Below are positions 19,012 to 28,839 of a stretch of 64,000 nucleotides of DNA, in pieces (the stretch's first letter is position 1; every line of letters starts with the position of its first letter). The notes beneath the pieces are model-generated. The model was given only the letters and a program-made list of their open reading frames with translations. It was not told the DNA's origin and did not search any database. Position numbers and translations under genes: made by a program. Source of the DNA: Bacteroidales bacterium (GTDB taxonomy: Bacteria > Bacteroidota > Bacteroidia > Bacteroidales > GCA-2711565); NCBI GenBank assembly GCA_028280405.1, contig JANQLW010000025.1:5905-69904 (forward strand), in the 5' to 3' direction.

Positions 19012-19665
19012 TTATTGTTCAATAATGCCATCTTTAATGCTGATGATTCTGTCGGACATATTAGCCAACTCTTTATTATGCGTAACTATCACGAGTGTTT
19101 GGTTAAATTCATCTCTTAATTTGAAGAAAAGTTTATGTAATTCAATGGCAGACTGTGAATCTAAATTTCCTGTAGGTTCATCAGCAAGTAGCATAGCCGG
19201 ATCATTAATAAGGGCCCTGGCTACTGCTACCCGTTGTTGTTCTCCACCTGATAATTCCGAAGGCTTATAATCGACTCTTTCTTTTAATTTCAAAAAATCA
19301 AGTAATTTCAGGGCTTTTTGCTCTGTTTCTTTTCTGCTTTTTTTTGCAATGAAAGCAGGAATGCAAATGTTTTCCAGAGCAGTAAATTCAGGTAATAAAT
19401 GATGAAACTGAAATACAAAGCCTATTTGATTATTCCGGAATTCTGCAAGTTTCTTTTCAGAAAGATTATTTACCTCAACCTCATTCACCAAAATTTTTCC
19501 CTGATCTGCATTATCAAGGGTTCCAAGAATCTGAAGCAAAGTTGTTTTTCCTGCACCCGAAGCTCCGACAATACTTACAATTTCTCCTTTCTTAATAAAA
19601 AGGTCGACACCTTTGAGTACTTCCAAACTGCCAAAAGATTTATGAATGTTCGTTAGTTGAATCAT
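19012..19665 (-). CDS. ABC transporter ATP-binding protein (LolD/FtsE-like)
   Basis: 217 aa. Walker [10 protein letters not shown], signature LSGGEQQR, Walker [12 protein letters not shown]. Confidence 0.9.
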   Translation of the reverse strand: MIQLTNIHKSFGSLEVLKGVDLFIKKGEIVSIVGASGAGKTTLLQILGTLDNADQGKILVNEVEVNNLSEKKLAEFRNNQIGFVFQFHHLLPEFTALENICIPAFIAKKSRKETEQKALKLLDFLKLKERVDYKPSELSGGEQQRVAVARALINDPAMLLADEPTGNLDSQSAIELHKLFFKLRDEFNQTLVIVTHNKELANMSDRIISIKDGIIEQ

Positions 19666-19938
19666 ATAGTAAGCCTTTATTGCAAACTTAATAAAACTAA
19701 AAACGAAAAGCTAATCCCGATAGCTATTGGGATGAAAAATTTGGAAGGCATTCTTTTTGATATTAAAAGGCGATTGACTCCAAGCTTCAGGCTACAGGTA
19801 CTTGGAGCCTGTAGCCATCACCATCTTATTTATAAAAACATATAAATACAGAATTTAGTTGCCTAACAGTGATTATTATCAGGAAAGAAATCTTAAATTT
19901 GTTATTTAATCGTGTTCTAAATAATAAAACTTATATAG

Positions 19939-21129
19939 ATGAATATACATGAATATCAAGGTAAATCTTTACTGAAGAAATATGGGGTTAATGTTCCATT
20001 AAGTTATGTAGCCGAATCACCGGAACAGGCAGTTGAAAAAGCTAAGCAAATTCAGGAGGAAACAGGTTCCGAATTTTTTGTAATTAAAGCACAGGTTCAT
20101 GCTGGTGGACGAGGAAAAGGAGGAGGTGTTAAACTTGCCAAATCTTTAGATGAAGTGAAAGAGCTGACTAAGAAGATTATTGGGATGCATCTGGTAACTC
20201 CACAAACCAGTGCTAAAGGTAAGCTGGTCCGTAAAGTACTTGTACAACAAGATGTATATTATCCGGGTCCATCTGAACCAAAGGAATTTTATATTTCTGT
20301 ACTTTTAAACCGGGCAACCGGCAGAAATATGATTGTATATTCTCCTCAAGGAGGAATGGATATTGAGCAGGTGGCTGAAGAAACTCCTGAATTAATTTTT
20401 CAGGAAGAAATTAACCCAACCGTTGGAATTTTACCTTTCCAGTGCCAGAAAATAGCTTATAACTTTGGATTGGAAGGAACTGCCTTTAAATCGATGGTGA
20501 AGTTTGTGGCTTCATTATACAAAGCATATGAAGAAACAGATGCTTCATTATTTGAAATCAACCCTGCATTGAAAACTTCTGATGATCAGATTTTAGCTGT
20601 TGATTGTAAAGTAGCAATTGATAATAATGCATTGTATCGCCATAAAGATATTGCAGAGATGCGTGATATTCACGAAGAAGATCCAATTGAAGTTGAAGCT
20701 TCAAAATTTGACTTAAATTATGTAAAACTTGATGGAAATGTAGGATGTATGGTTAATGGTGCAGGCCTGGCAATGGCAACCATGGATATCATTAAACAAT
20801 CCGGGGGTGACCCTGCTAATTTCCTTGATGTAGGCGGGTCTGCAGATGCGAGAAGGGTAGAAGAAGCTGTGCGTATTATTTTGAAGGACGAAAATGTAAA
20901 AGCCATTCTGATAAATATTTTTGGTGGTATTGTAAGATGTGACCGTGTAGCTGCAGGTGTTGTTGAAGCTGTTAAATCAATTGGAGGGCTTGATATACCT
21001 CTTATTGTCAGATTACAGGGTACCAACGCAGAAGAAGGAAAGAAAATCATTGATGAATCAGGAATGAAAGTTCATGCAGCGATCGCTTTAGAGGAAGCTG
21101 CTAATTTAGTGGCTGAAGTTTTAAAATAA
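19939..21129 (+). CDS. sucC: Succinate--CoA ligase (ADP-forming) beta subunit
   Basis: 396 aa. MNIHEYQGKSLLKKYGV N-terminus, ATP-grasp region, GCMVNGAGLAMATMD, and IFGGIVRCD are all characteristic of SucC. Confidence 0.95.
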   Translation: MNIHEYQGKSLLKKYGVNVPLSYVAESPEQAVEKAKQIQEETGSEFFVIKAQVHAGGRGKGGGVKLAKSLDEVKELTKKIIGMHLVTPQTSAKGKLVRKVLVQQDVYYPGPSEPKEFYISVLLNRATGRNMIVYSPQGGMDIEQVAEETPELIFQEEINPTVGILPFQCQKIAYNFGLEGTAFKSMVKFVASLYKAYEETDASLFEINPALKTSDDQILAVDCKVAIDNNALYRHKDIAEMRDIHEEDPIEVEASKFDLNYVKLDGNVGCMVNGAGLAMATMDIIKQSGGDPANFLDVGGSADARRVEEAVRIILKDENVKAILINIFGGIVRCDRVAAGVVEAVKSIGGLDIPLIVRLQGTNAEEGKKIIDESGMKVHAAIALEEAANLVAEVLK

Positions 21130-21150
21130 AAACTAAATTTTTTATATACT

Positions 21151-21199
21151 GAAGAGCCCGTTTCAAAAGTAAAGTTTTGAGACGACCTCTTCTTTTTTT
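21151..21199 (+). terminator. Hairpin plus T-run after sucC
   Basis: GAAGAG...CTCTTC long imperfect stem (21151-21192) followed by TTTTTTT. Confidence 0.6.
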
Positions 21200-21382
21200 G
21201 AAAAAACAAAAAAACTGTAGAGACGCGATAAATCGTATCTCTATCAATAATCATAATGATTATAATATTCATAAAATGTTTTCCGCCTTTTATACTTACA
21301 TCAACAATCCATAAAAGGCTTGATCGGATAAAAATTATTTACAAGTTTACTTACAGAATAAAAGGCATTTGGTAAGAGGTAA

Positions 21383-21580
21383 ATTATATCAGAATTTACG
21401 AGGAGTTTATGTTCTGAAAAATTTTTACAGTTACATCGGTCTTATGTTGTAAATACAGAAGTTGTAGAACGGTTTGGTGCCGGTTTCTTATTGATAAATA
21501 ATGTTGAAACTCCGATAGGGCTAAACTATAGAGACGATTTAAAAAAATATTTTAATATTTTTTTAAATATTGGAAATTAA
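21383..21580 (+). pseudogene. C-terminal remnant of a LytTR-domain response regulator
   Basis: An open frame with no start codon reads IISEFTRSLCSEKFLQLHRSYVVNTEVVERFGAGFLLINNVETPIGLNYRDDLKKYFN. It matches the LytTR core (F.r.HRSy.VN). No receiver domain lies upstream. Confidence 0.55.
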
Positions 21581-21726
21581 TATATTGATTAGATAATGTG
21601 ACTTTTTAGGTGGCGTTTTTACTCAAAAAAATAGCTTAACAGTTCTTCTTCTCTAATTAAGATATATTAAATTAAATGTAACAAAACCAACTCTGAATTC
21701 GTCTTCCAATCATTAACCTAATAGCT

Positions 21727-22974
21727 ATGAAAAAAGAGAAAATATTTTTTTTGTTACTTCTTTTTATGTTGAGTTATATGAATGCTCAAACTCAGCAAAA
21801 AGAAAAATTAAAACCTTATGTAAATACCTTGAAAGAAAAAGGTGATGTCCCCATGCATTTTGTTCTTGATAAATTGGATCATTATGATCTTATTCTTTTT
21901 GACGACGCCTTACATACGGCTGTTGAACCTTTTGAGTTTTATCAGGATTTGATCAGCAATGCGGATTTCCCCAAAAAGGTCAAATATATTTTTCTGGAGG
22001 TTGTTCCCATTAATCAACAACCTGCCCTGGATGCTTACTTTAATTCGGAAATCAATGATTTAAAGCTTCTGTATCCTGCTTTTCAAAATGATTTTAGCGG
22101 GACCGGTTGGCCCTATAAAACCTATTTTGATTTATTGGAAACCATTTGGAAAATAAATTCAGCGCTACCGGTTCAAGATCGCTTAAAGGTGCTTGCGGTG
22201 AATGCACCTACCTATTGGAAAGAAATAAATACCCCTGAAGACCTGGAATTATTCCGGCTTTCACTTGCAGGAAATGATTATACCATGTACAAAACTATTC
22301 TATCATACCTGAAGAATTTTAGATCAGGAAAAAAAGGCATATTTTTGACCAATACACGTCATGCCTACAAAGGGATTAAAAACCGGAAAAATAAATATTA
22401 CTGGAATTGCGGTACATTTTTTTACCTACATAATCCCGGGAAAACGTATTCCGTTCGTTTTCATAATATTAATTTATATTTTGAAGGAAGAAAAAAAGTG
22501 GACCCCAAAACCGCCAAAACAACAGAAGGGCTTGAAGGCGTAGTTACGAAATGGGTGCGTATGGAAAACGGCTTGTGGGACCATGCATTTGAAATATTCG
22601 GAAATACCCCGCTTGCTTTTGATATAAAGGATACCCCCTTTGGAAAAGCTGAATATATTGGTAACCATATGCTAAATGCGGCACCGGGCCAGGCTATGCA
22701 AGATGCTTACGATGCCCTGATCTTTTTGGCACCGATTGACAAACTCCGGCAGACTGCCATGGTAGATTTTATATACACCGACGCATATAAACAGGAGTTG
22801 GAAAGACGGACAAAATTCCTTTACACTGAAGAACAAATCAAAGAAATTTTAACTGCTTATGGTTTTAAATCCTTAAGAAAATTTTTGGACAGTTATTTTA
22901 TATACAAGCCTGAAATACTACAACCTCTGGCAAAAGATATTGGCCCTGTTGATGCATGGAAGACCAAAAAATAA
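21727..22974 (+). CDS. Hypothetical secreted protein
   Basis: 415 aa. Signal peptide FFLLLLFMLSYMNAQ. No motif recognised. Confidence 0.7.
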   Translation: MKKEKIFFLLLLFMLSYMNAQTQQKEKLKPYVNTLKEKGDVPMHFVLDKLDHYDLILFDDALHTAVEPFEFYQDLISNADFPKKVKYIFLEVVPINQQPALDAYFNSEINDLKLLYPAFQNDFSGTGWPYKTYFDLLETIWKINSALPVQDRLKVLAVNAPTYWKEINTPEDLELFRLSLAGNDYTMYKTILSYLKNFRSGKKGIFLTNTRHAYKGIKNRKNKYYWNCGTFFYLHNPGKTYSVRFHNINLYFEGRKKVDPKTAKTTEGLEGVVTKWVRMENGLWDHAFEIFGNTPLAFDIKDTPFGKAEYIGNHMLNAAPGQAMQDAYDALIFLAPIDKLRQTAMVDFIYTDAYKQELERRTKFLYTEEQIKEILTAYGFKSLRKFLDSYFIYKPEILQPLAKDIGPVDAWKTKK

Positions 22975-23016
22975 TTTGTGTGCAGATCGTATAACTTAGG
23001 TATTGTTTTACATACA

Positions 23017-23223
23017 TCAGCGATTTAATTTTTGTTTTCTACCAATTAACAGGTAAAGCAATGAACCAAAAAAAGGAAGAAATATAACAACAATTATCCA
23101 TATAAGTTTATCATTATTTCTAAATTCATTTCTCAGAATACTAATTAAGCAGATAACAGGCAGAATTATTATAATCAGAGAAACGACAGGCCAGGTTATT
23201 AACCCTAAACTAGGTGTTATCAT
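23017..23223 (-). CDS. Small membrane protein with a PLD-nuclease N-terminal-type (PLDc_N) domain
   Basis: 68 aa with two TM helices. KLIWIIVVIFLPFFGSLLYLLIGRK matches the cardiolipin-synthase N-terminal-type motif. Confidence 0.65.
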   Translation of the reverse strand: MITPSLGLITWPVVSLIIIILPVICLISILRNEFRNNDKLIWIIVVIFLPFFGSLLYLLIGRKQKLNR

Positions 23224-23331
23224 ATTTATAATTTTTAAAAGTTTTTAATTAATAATTTCTTCTATAGTATCCTTTGCAGATTTTGCGGTAGCATGGATTT
23301 GAAATATTTAACCCGAAAATTCCGCAGATTT

Positions 23332-23661
23332 TTATGAAGTCTTTTCTTTCATCTTTTCTATAAATTTTTTCTTTCCGTATTCTTTTATGAATTCTTGATT
23401 TTCCAATAAATTTTGTCCGTACTTCAACCATCTTTCTGCAAATTTCTTAAGTTTACTACAAGGATACGATTTACATTGATGACAAAAATCCAATCCTTTT
23501 TTCTCAATGCAACAAACATAAATACCTTTACATTTTCTTTTTTTACAACCGATTTCTGCCCCTTCACACCTGTTTTTATCTCGGACAAAAACGGGACATC
23601 CTCCGCAGAAAATTCCGCAAGGTGGAACAAATCCATTATAGTATATTAACCTAGTACCCAT
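23332..23661 (-). CDS. Cys-rich protein (DUF3795-like)
   Basis: 109 aa. CGIFCGGCP...C..C...C..C.SYPC cysteine pattern. Confidence 0.55.
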   Translation of the reverse strand: MGTRLIYYNGFVPPCGIFCGGCPVFVRDKNRCEGAEIGCKKRKCKGIYVCCIEKKGLDFCHQCKSYPCSKLKKFAERWLKYGQNLLENQEFIKEYGKKKFIEKMKEKTS

Positions 23662-23724
23662 TTAAACCTAACTAAATTATATAATAATTTTTTATTTATA
23701 TTCCAACAATTTTATATTACACAT

Positions 23725-24201
23725 TTACTTTAAATATTTTTCAAGAAAACCTTTGTGAGACGAGCCTATTATCACAATTATTTTTTTGTCTGGGTGAAGT
23801 GATACTACATTCAAAATATTGGCAGCTATTTGAAGATTACGCATTTCCCATAGTGAGTAGCTGGCACGGTCGGAACCGGAAGCAAAATTTGTTTTCAGCC
23901 ATATTTTCCACTGTCCATTGTAATCCTGTTTCATGTATTCTTTACTGTTTATAAAGGAATAAAGCGCGGAAAAATCATGAGTTTCAATACCTTGTCCGGG
24001 CATTTTCTCAACACAAACCACATCAAAATTCATACTGTTTAATTTGGCTATAACATTGTTGAGCATTGATGGTTCAAAACCTTTTATTTGGTGTAGATGT
24101 GATGTCCCCAGTATTAAAATCTCTGTTTTGGGGTTTTGTGCTATTGTTAAATGCGGCAACAAACAAATCAGAATTACCAAATGAATTATCTTTTTTATCA
24201 T
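23725..24201 (-). CDS. Hypothetical secreted protein (DUF5694-like, apparently short)
   Basis: 158 aa. Signal peptide. ILILGTSHLHQ near the N-terminus and IIVIIGSSHKGFL near the C-terminus resemble that family. The family call is from memory. Confidence 0.5.
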   Translation of the reverse strand: MIKKIIHLVILICLLPHLTIAQNPKTEILILGTSHLHQIKGFEPSMLNNVIAKLNSMNFDVVCVEKMPGQGIETHDFSALYSFINSKEYMKQDYNGQWKIWLKTNFASGSDRASYSLWEMRNLQIAANILNVVSLHPDKKIIVIIGSSHKGFLEKYLK

Positions 24202-24216
24202 ATCATTGCATTTTTA

Positions 24217-24536
24217 CTATAGCTTAATATTATTTGTATCAATTTCGGAAAAAGTATTTATTAATTCAGGAAAAAAGTCAGCAAATGAAGGATACTTATC
24301 CCTGTTATTCTCATATTCAACTATTTTATCTTCCAGATATGGTAAATAAATAAATTTGTTTTGTTCGATATTCTCTGTCCTGATTTGATTAGCCGTTAAG
24401 GTATCATTCATTGCTAATGCAATCCTGATTTCACCTAAACGCACAATATGTTCTGTAACACAAGTTAACCAACTACGATACCACAACCAACTGAAAATAC
24501 TATTAAAATCAATAAAAAAACTTTAAAATTTTTCAT
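24217..24536 (-). pseudogene. Possible frameshifted small lipoprotein gene
   Basis: ATG at ~24534-24536 gives MKNFKVFLLILIVFSVGCGIVVG* (signal peptide plus lipobox Cys). The 89-aa track ORF 24217..24486 continues in another frame from the same point. Confidence 0.35.
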
Positions 24537-24711
24537 ATGTTTAGATTGGTAGTATTTTGCTTTTTGCATGACTGTTTCAGTTCTGCACATAGCTAATTAA
24601 TTTTGACCACAATATAGGAAATATAATTTCTCTGTGAGAAATTAATTTTCGGAATTTATTTTTTGTATACACTTTAATGTAACTAACAGGCAGCATTATG
24701 TTTATGCATTG

Positions 24712-25314
24712 TTAGCGATTGTTGTTTCTCGTTATTTGTTTGATTTTTGAGTGTGTTAAGAACCTATAACTTAAAAACACAGACCATATAGTCCAACCTG
24801 AATATAAGAATCGCTGTTTCAATCCGAAATATTCATTCAGTACGTTTGGAACAAAAACCAGAAAGCTAAACATCATAATTACAAAACTAATTATTGCCAC
24901 TGTCCTGATTTTTAAAAAATGCTCTTCTTTTCTCCAAAAGATAAGAGCTAAAACAGGAGATAGCATTAGAAATGGAAAAGGCAATCCGGTAATACCATGC
25001 AATTTTAGTGGCATTGGATATATTGCTGGTCCGGCTATGAAAAAATATAGGGATAAAAATAGTATTGGAATAATATTTAACTGTAACTTTTTGCAAGATT
25101 TCCATAAACCTATTATAAAAAAAACATTGAGAAAAGCACTTAAAACTAATCCTGCAGTAAAAAGATATTGTGGTTTTGAACCCAATGCCCCTAATTCACT
25201 AACCAGATTTGAAAAATGATTATAATCTTCAATGATTATTCCACATATAATAGTAGTAGCCCAAAATATTATTGGGACAAAAAATCCTAAATAAAGGAAT
25301 GAGTTAGTTTTCAT
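24712..25314 (-). CDS. Multi-pass membrane protein (DUF998-like)
   Basis: 200 aa with about 6 TM helices. The family call is from memory. Confidence 0.6.
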   Translation of the reverse strand: MKTNSFLYLGFFVPIIFWATTIICGIIIEDYNHFSNLVSELGALGSKPQYLFTAGLVLSAFLNVFFIIGLWKSCKKLQLNIIPILFLSLYFFIAGPAIYPMPLKLHGITGLPFPFLMLSPVLALIFWRKEEHFLKIRTVAIISFVIMMFSFLVFVPNVLNEYFGLKQRFLYSGWTIWSVFLSYRFLTHSKIKQITRNNNR

Positions 25315-25326
25315 TTATAGTTGCTT

Positions 25327-25806
25327 TTATAGTGAGGATATTGGATATGTACAATATATCTTTGTAACTATCTTCCATGTTTTGTCAAACTTATATAAGC
25401 ACATATAATCCGTATATAAATGTGTACCATTCGAATATATTTCAATAATGGCCATAGCTGCATAAGCTGTAATTTTAACATCAGTGAATTTATACGTTAC
25501 TGACGGATCTAATGGCTTTGGATTTTTTTCCAACCTATCCACCCAATACTGAGCTGGTAATTTCTTTAAACTGCCTTTTTCGAGTATTACAATGTCACAA
25601 TCAGGGTGCCAACCTTTCTTAAGTAGTTTGTAGTCGCCTTTTAAAAATATACCATTTACATAAGATTCTACAATTACTTTTTTCACATTTTCAATTTCGG
25701 TGGAATCAATAGAACTATTCATGCCTATATCCGAAGGATTAATTGAAAAAACAGCGGTGGTTAATGCTAATAATAGTATTGATGTAATAAAAAAATTTAC
25801 TTTCAT
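25327..25806 (-). CDS. Secreted NTF2-like (SnoaL/lumazine-binding-like) protein
   Basis: 159 aa. Signal peptide. Size and pattern are typical of NTF2-fold proteins. Weak call. Confidence 0.5.
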   Translation of the reverse strand: MKVNFFITSILLLALTTAVFSINPSDIGMNSSIDSTEIENVKKVIVESYVNGIFLKGDYKLLKKGWHPDCDIVILEKGSLKKLPAQYWVDRLEKNPKPLDPSVTYKFTDVKITAYAAMAIIEIYSNGTHLYTDYMCLYKFDKTWKIVTKIYCTYPISSL

Positions 25807-25940
25807 AATTTATTTTTTTGATTAATGTGAACTTTAAGGGAATTTTCAGATTTAAATAAAAATTTCCTTGCCTTAATTATGAAGTAAACTTAAATAATAA
25901 AAAACCAGTAGGGGTTCGAGAATCGTAAAGTCGAACCAAT

Positions 25941-27062
25941 TTATAAGTACTTTTTTTTGAATTCTGTTGGAGTCAAATTTGTATGTTTTTTAAAAGCGGT
26001 ATTAAATGAAGATTTTGAATTAAAGCCAACATCATAAAAAACTTGTTGGATTGTGAATTTGTTATTTGGAAAATCTTTTAAGATTTTCATAGCTTTCTCA
26101 ATACGGTACTCATTTACAAAATCGAAGAAATGTTGCCCAATATGACTATTTATTAAAACGGACAATTCGCGCGATGGAATATTAAGCTGAGAGGATAATT
26201 CTTGTAAAGTAATAGATGGGTCAAGATAGGGCTCCTGCTCAATCATATGATTTTTTAATTGTTCTATTAATAAGGTTTGATTGTTGCTTTGTTCTGTTTC
26301 CGGCTTAATATGTTTAATAATACTATTTGTCGACTGTATTTTAAAATCAACATTTCTAAATAATTTAGGATGATATAAAGCTTTTAGTATAAACCAACAA
26401 AACATAAACAATGCACTTGTGATCAAAATAATATTAACCCACTTTAAGATATCATTGAAGTTTGTAAAAGGTAATATATCTTTCGCTATAGTAACAGGGA
26501 GGGTTATTAAAAAAATATTAATGGTTTGAGATAACAATTTGTAAATTGATATATTTCCACTGGAGTAATTTTCAAGGTATATTTTCTTATGTTTTCTTAA
26601 AACGGAGATTGTTGCAATAACATAGAATAAAGCTTGCAGTTTTAGCAGTATCGAGTTTGTTATCCATTCCAGCTGTTGAATGGGTTCACTTATTAAATCA
26701 TTTTTTGTAAAATATAAATCTGAAAAAAAATAAAATAACAAAACTGCATTATATAAGATAAATGGAATAGTATGCAATAAGTCCCTGAATCTTAGTCTGA
26801 AACCTATACTGCATATGGATAGTACGTATAGAAAGAATGAAGGAAATATTAAGAAAGTGAAGGTTTTTGTAAATAAAAACAATTTTAAATATTGACTTAT
26901 AAAAAGGCCAATTACATCAATAGCACAAAAAGTTATAAAGCTTACAAGTAACCCATTTGATAATTTATTTCTTGTTTTTACTGTTAACAAAAAGAGTGAC
27001 AGAAGTAAAGAAACAAAGATGGTAATTAAAGCAATTATTTTTACGATGCTGAGGTTGTCCAT
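25941..27062 (-). CDS. Membrane-anchored AraC-family transcriptional regulator
   Basis: 373 aa. About 7 N-terminal TM helices plus a C-terminal AraC double HTH (ITLQELSSQLNIPSRELS..., GFNSKSSFNTAFKKHTNLTPTEFKK). Confidence 0.85.
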   Translation of the reverse strand: MDNLSIVKIIALITIFVSLLLSLFLLTVKTRNKLSNGLLVSFITFCAIDVIGLFISQYLKLFLFTKTFTFLIFPSFFLYVLSICSIGFRLRFRDLLHTIPFILYNAVLLFYFFSDLYFTKNDLISEPIQQLEWITNSILLKLQALFYVIATISVLRKHKKIYLENYSSGNISIYKLLSQTINIFLITLPVTIAKDILPFTNFNDILKWVNIILITSALFMFCWFILKALYHPKLFRNVDFKIQSTNSIIKHIKPETEQSNNQTLLIEQLKNHMIEQEPYLDPSITLQELSSQLNIPSRELSVLINSHIGQHFFDFVNEYRIEKAMKILKDFPNNKFTIQQVFYDVGFNSKSSFNTAFKKHTNLTPTEFKKKYL

Positions 27063-27206
27063 ATTATTTTCTAGCTAAAAAATTACCCGTTTTTTATGTT
27101 GGTTTTTATCTCAATCCATTGCTTTGTTCCAATATCACTATTCTTTCCTTTCTTTGCGACATCAAATTTTTGCCATGCCCAATGTAGATTTTCTGGAATT
27201 AATATA

Positions 27207-28664
27207 TCATTGTTGAAAATCAATAGAAAACAATTTCCACCCATCTTTTCTAAGGATAAAAATAAATGTGGGCTGGTTTAATATTTTGGAATAATTCAGA
27301 CCATCAATATATGTCAATGATCCGTTCTTAATACCTTTAATCTGAACATCTAAATTTGTACTCGTTTCTACTAAAGGGTTGCTGTTAAGATCTTTAAGCA
27401 GGGAGTCTTTGTTTTTCCAAGTCCCAGACTGAAAGCTGTTATCTACTAAATCCGTGTTTTTGGATAATGCTCCTTCAACTAAGGCGTTTCTTAATTGAGC
27501 AATTGATTTTCGCAAGGAAGCCAAAATTTTCCGGATTTGTTTTTGTCTTTGGGCTTCTTTTATGGCTACCCTTTTGTTTTCTAAGGGGATTATGATATCT
27601 GCAATTTCCAATCCTTCTGTAATGCTAAAATTACCTCCTCGATTTATTGCTATGGCTATAGATATCATTTGCTCCGGTAAAACAAGTAAATGACAATGTC
27701 CTCCTTCGATTTCTCCATCATGGTATATGGCAAATCCACCTGTGCTAAGAAAATCTATCTTCCATCCAAATCCACAGTCGATTTTTTCACCTGTTTCCAG
27801 TTCTGTAGGACGATATACTTCTTCTAATAATTCATCAGGAAAAAACTTACTATTTGTAAAGAATAAAGAGCCGAATTTTACCAGATCACTAGTGGAAGAC
27901 CTAAATCCTGCTCCCGGCCATTTGTACGAAATGTCTTTAGGGGATTCAATTCTTTGATCAATATCATACAGCTCAGTATATAAGGGAGAAAAAGTGTGAT
28001 GCTCTTCCACATGTGTATCGCTTAGTTGAAGGGTTCTGAAAAAATGGTTTACAATATCTGGAAATGGTTTGCTATAAATTCGCTCTGCGATAGCACCTAG
28101 TAGATTTGTCCCGTATGAAGTGTATTGATAGTCAGTATTTGGTTGGAATAATAAACTATCGTTAAGAAATAATTCAAGGGCATCATAAGCATTGTCATAG
28201 TTTTTTTTACGCTGAGCTTCTTCCTGATAAAGATAGTGCCTTATTCCGGATGTATGGCTTCCAAGTGATTTAAGTGTTAAATCATCCGGATAGTTGGTTG
28301 AAATATATTGGTTAACTGAGTTTTGAAGGCCCAGTAAACCGTTTTTTGCCATATTTAGTATAATACCGGCTGTAAGTACTTTAGAAACACTTCCTATTCG
28401 AAAAATATTTTTGTCTGTTTCAACAAAACCAGCCCCTTCATTAACAATTGTTGAATCATAAACTACTCTATCTTTATGGTATATTGAAATAGAGATGCTA
28501 TTGCAATTAGATTTAATTCCTAATTGATTCAAATAATAATCTATTTCTGAAATACTATTCTTTGATAAACCGACTTTGTCATTGGTATTTAATTGGCATT
28601 GTACTAGTGAAAACTTCAGTAAAGCTAAACAGGTCAAGAGTATTGTCTTTATGGTGGTTTTCAT
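27207..28664 (-). CDS. Secreted serine hydrolase of the beta-lactamase/PBP (class C-like) family with an extra C-terminal domain
   Basis: 485 aa. Signal peptide. SxxK motif (GSVSKVLTA). YxN-like YTSYGTN. Confidence 0.8.
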   Translation of the reverse strand: MKTTIKTILLTCLALLKFSLVQCQLNTNDKVGLSKNSISEIDYYLNQLGIKSNCNSISISIYHKDRVVYDSTIVNEGAGFVETDKNIFRIGSVSKVLTAGIILNMAKNGLLGLQNSVNQYISTNYPDDLTLKSLGSHTSGIRHYLYQEEAQRKKNYDNAYDALELFLNDSLLFQPNTDYQYTSYGTNLLGAIAERIYSKPFPDIVNHFFRTLQLSDTHVEEHHTFSPLYTELYDIDQRIESPKDISYKWPGAGFRSSTSDLVKFGSLFFTNSKFFPDELLEEVYRPTELETGEKIDCGFGWKIDFLSTGGFAIYHDGEIEGGHCHLLVLPEQMISIAIAINRGGNFSITEGLEIADIIIPLENKRVAIKEAQRQKQIRKILASLRKSIAQLRNALVEGALSKNTDLVDNSFQSGTWKNKDSLLKDLNSNPLVETSTNLDVQIKGIKNGSLTYIDGLNYSKILNQPTFIFILRKDGWKLFSIDFQQ

Positions 28665-28839
28665 ATTTCAATTTTTTCTGTTATGGAATTGTTTGTAACG
28701 TTTAAGAATATGAGTAGGCCGGGATACTGAGCCTCCGACCAATCAAACCGTTACAAATTTTAGTAAATGTAATAAATTTCGCATACCAAATCACCCCGGC
28801 TTACTTATTTAGTGTTGGGCGCTGGCATTTTATCATAAT

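Noticed and set aside
19657-19845. 62-aa ORF in the lolD-like/sucC intergenic region.
   Set aside because: Its translation (…IPIAIGMKN…) is produced by the two GC-rich hairpins. The region is more plausibly a divergent promoter with REP-like elements.
21072-21272. 66-aa minus-strand ORF after sucC (…DRDTIYRVSTVF…).
   Set aside because: It covers the sucC terminator hairpin and a second small hairpin (TAGAGACGCGATAAATCGTATCTCTA). It is a typical translation artefact of intergenic palindromes.
23249-23649. ORFs 23249..23431(-), 23413..23649(+), 23424..23636(-) overlapping the Cys-rich 109-aa gene.
   Set aside because: Only the 23332..23661 frame shows an ordered cysteine pattern. The others are overlapping shadows.
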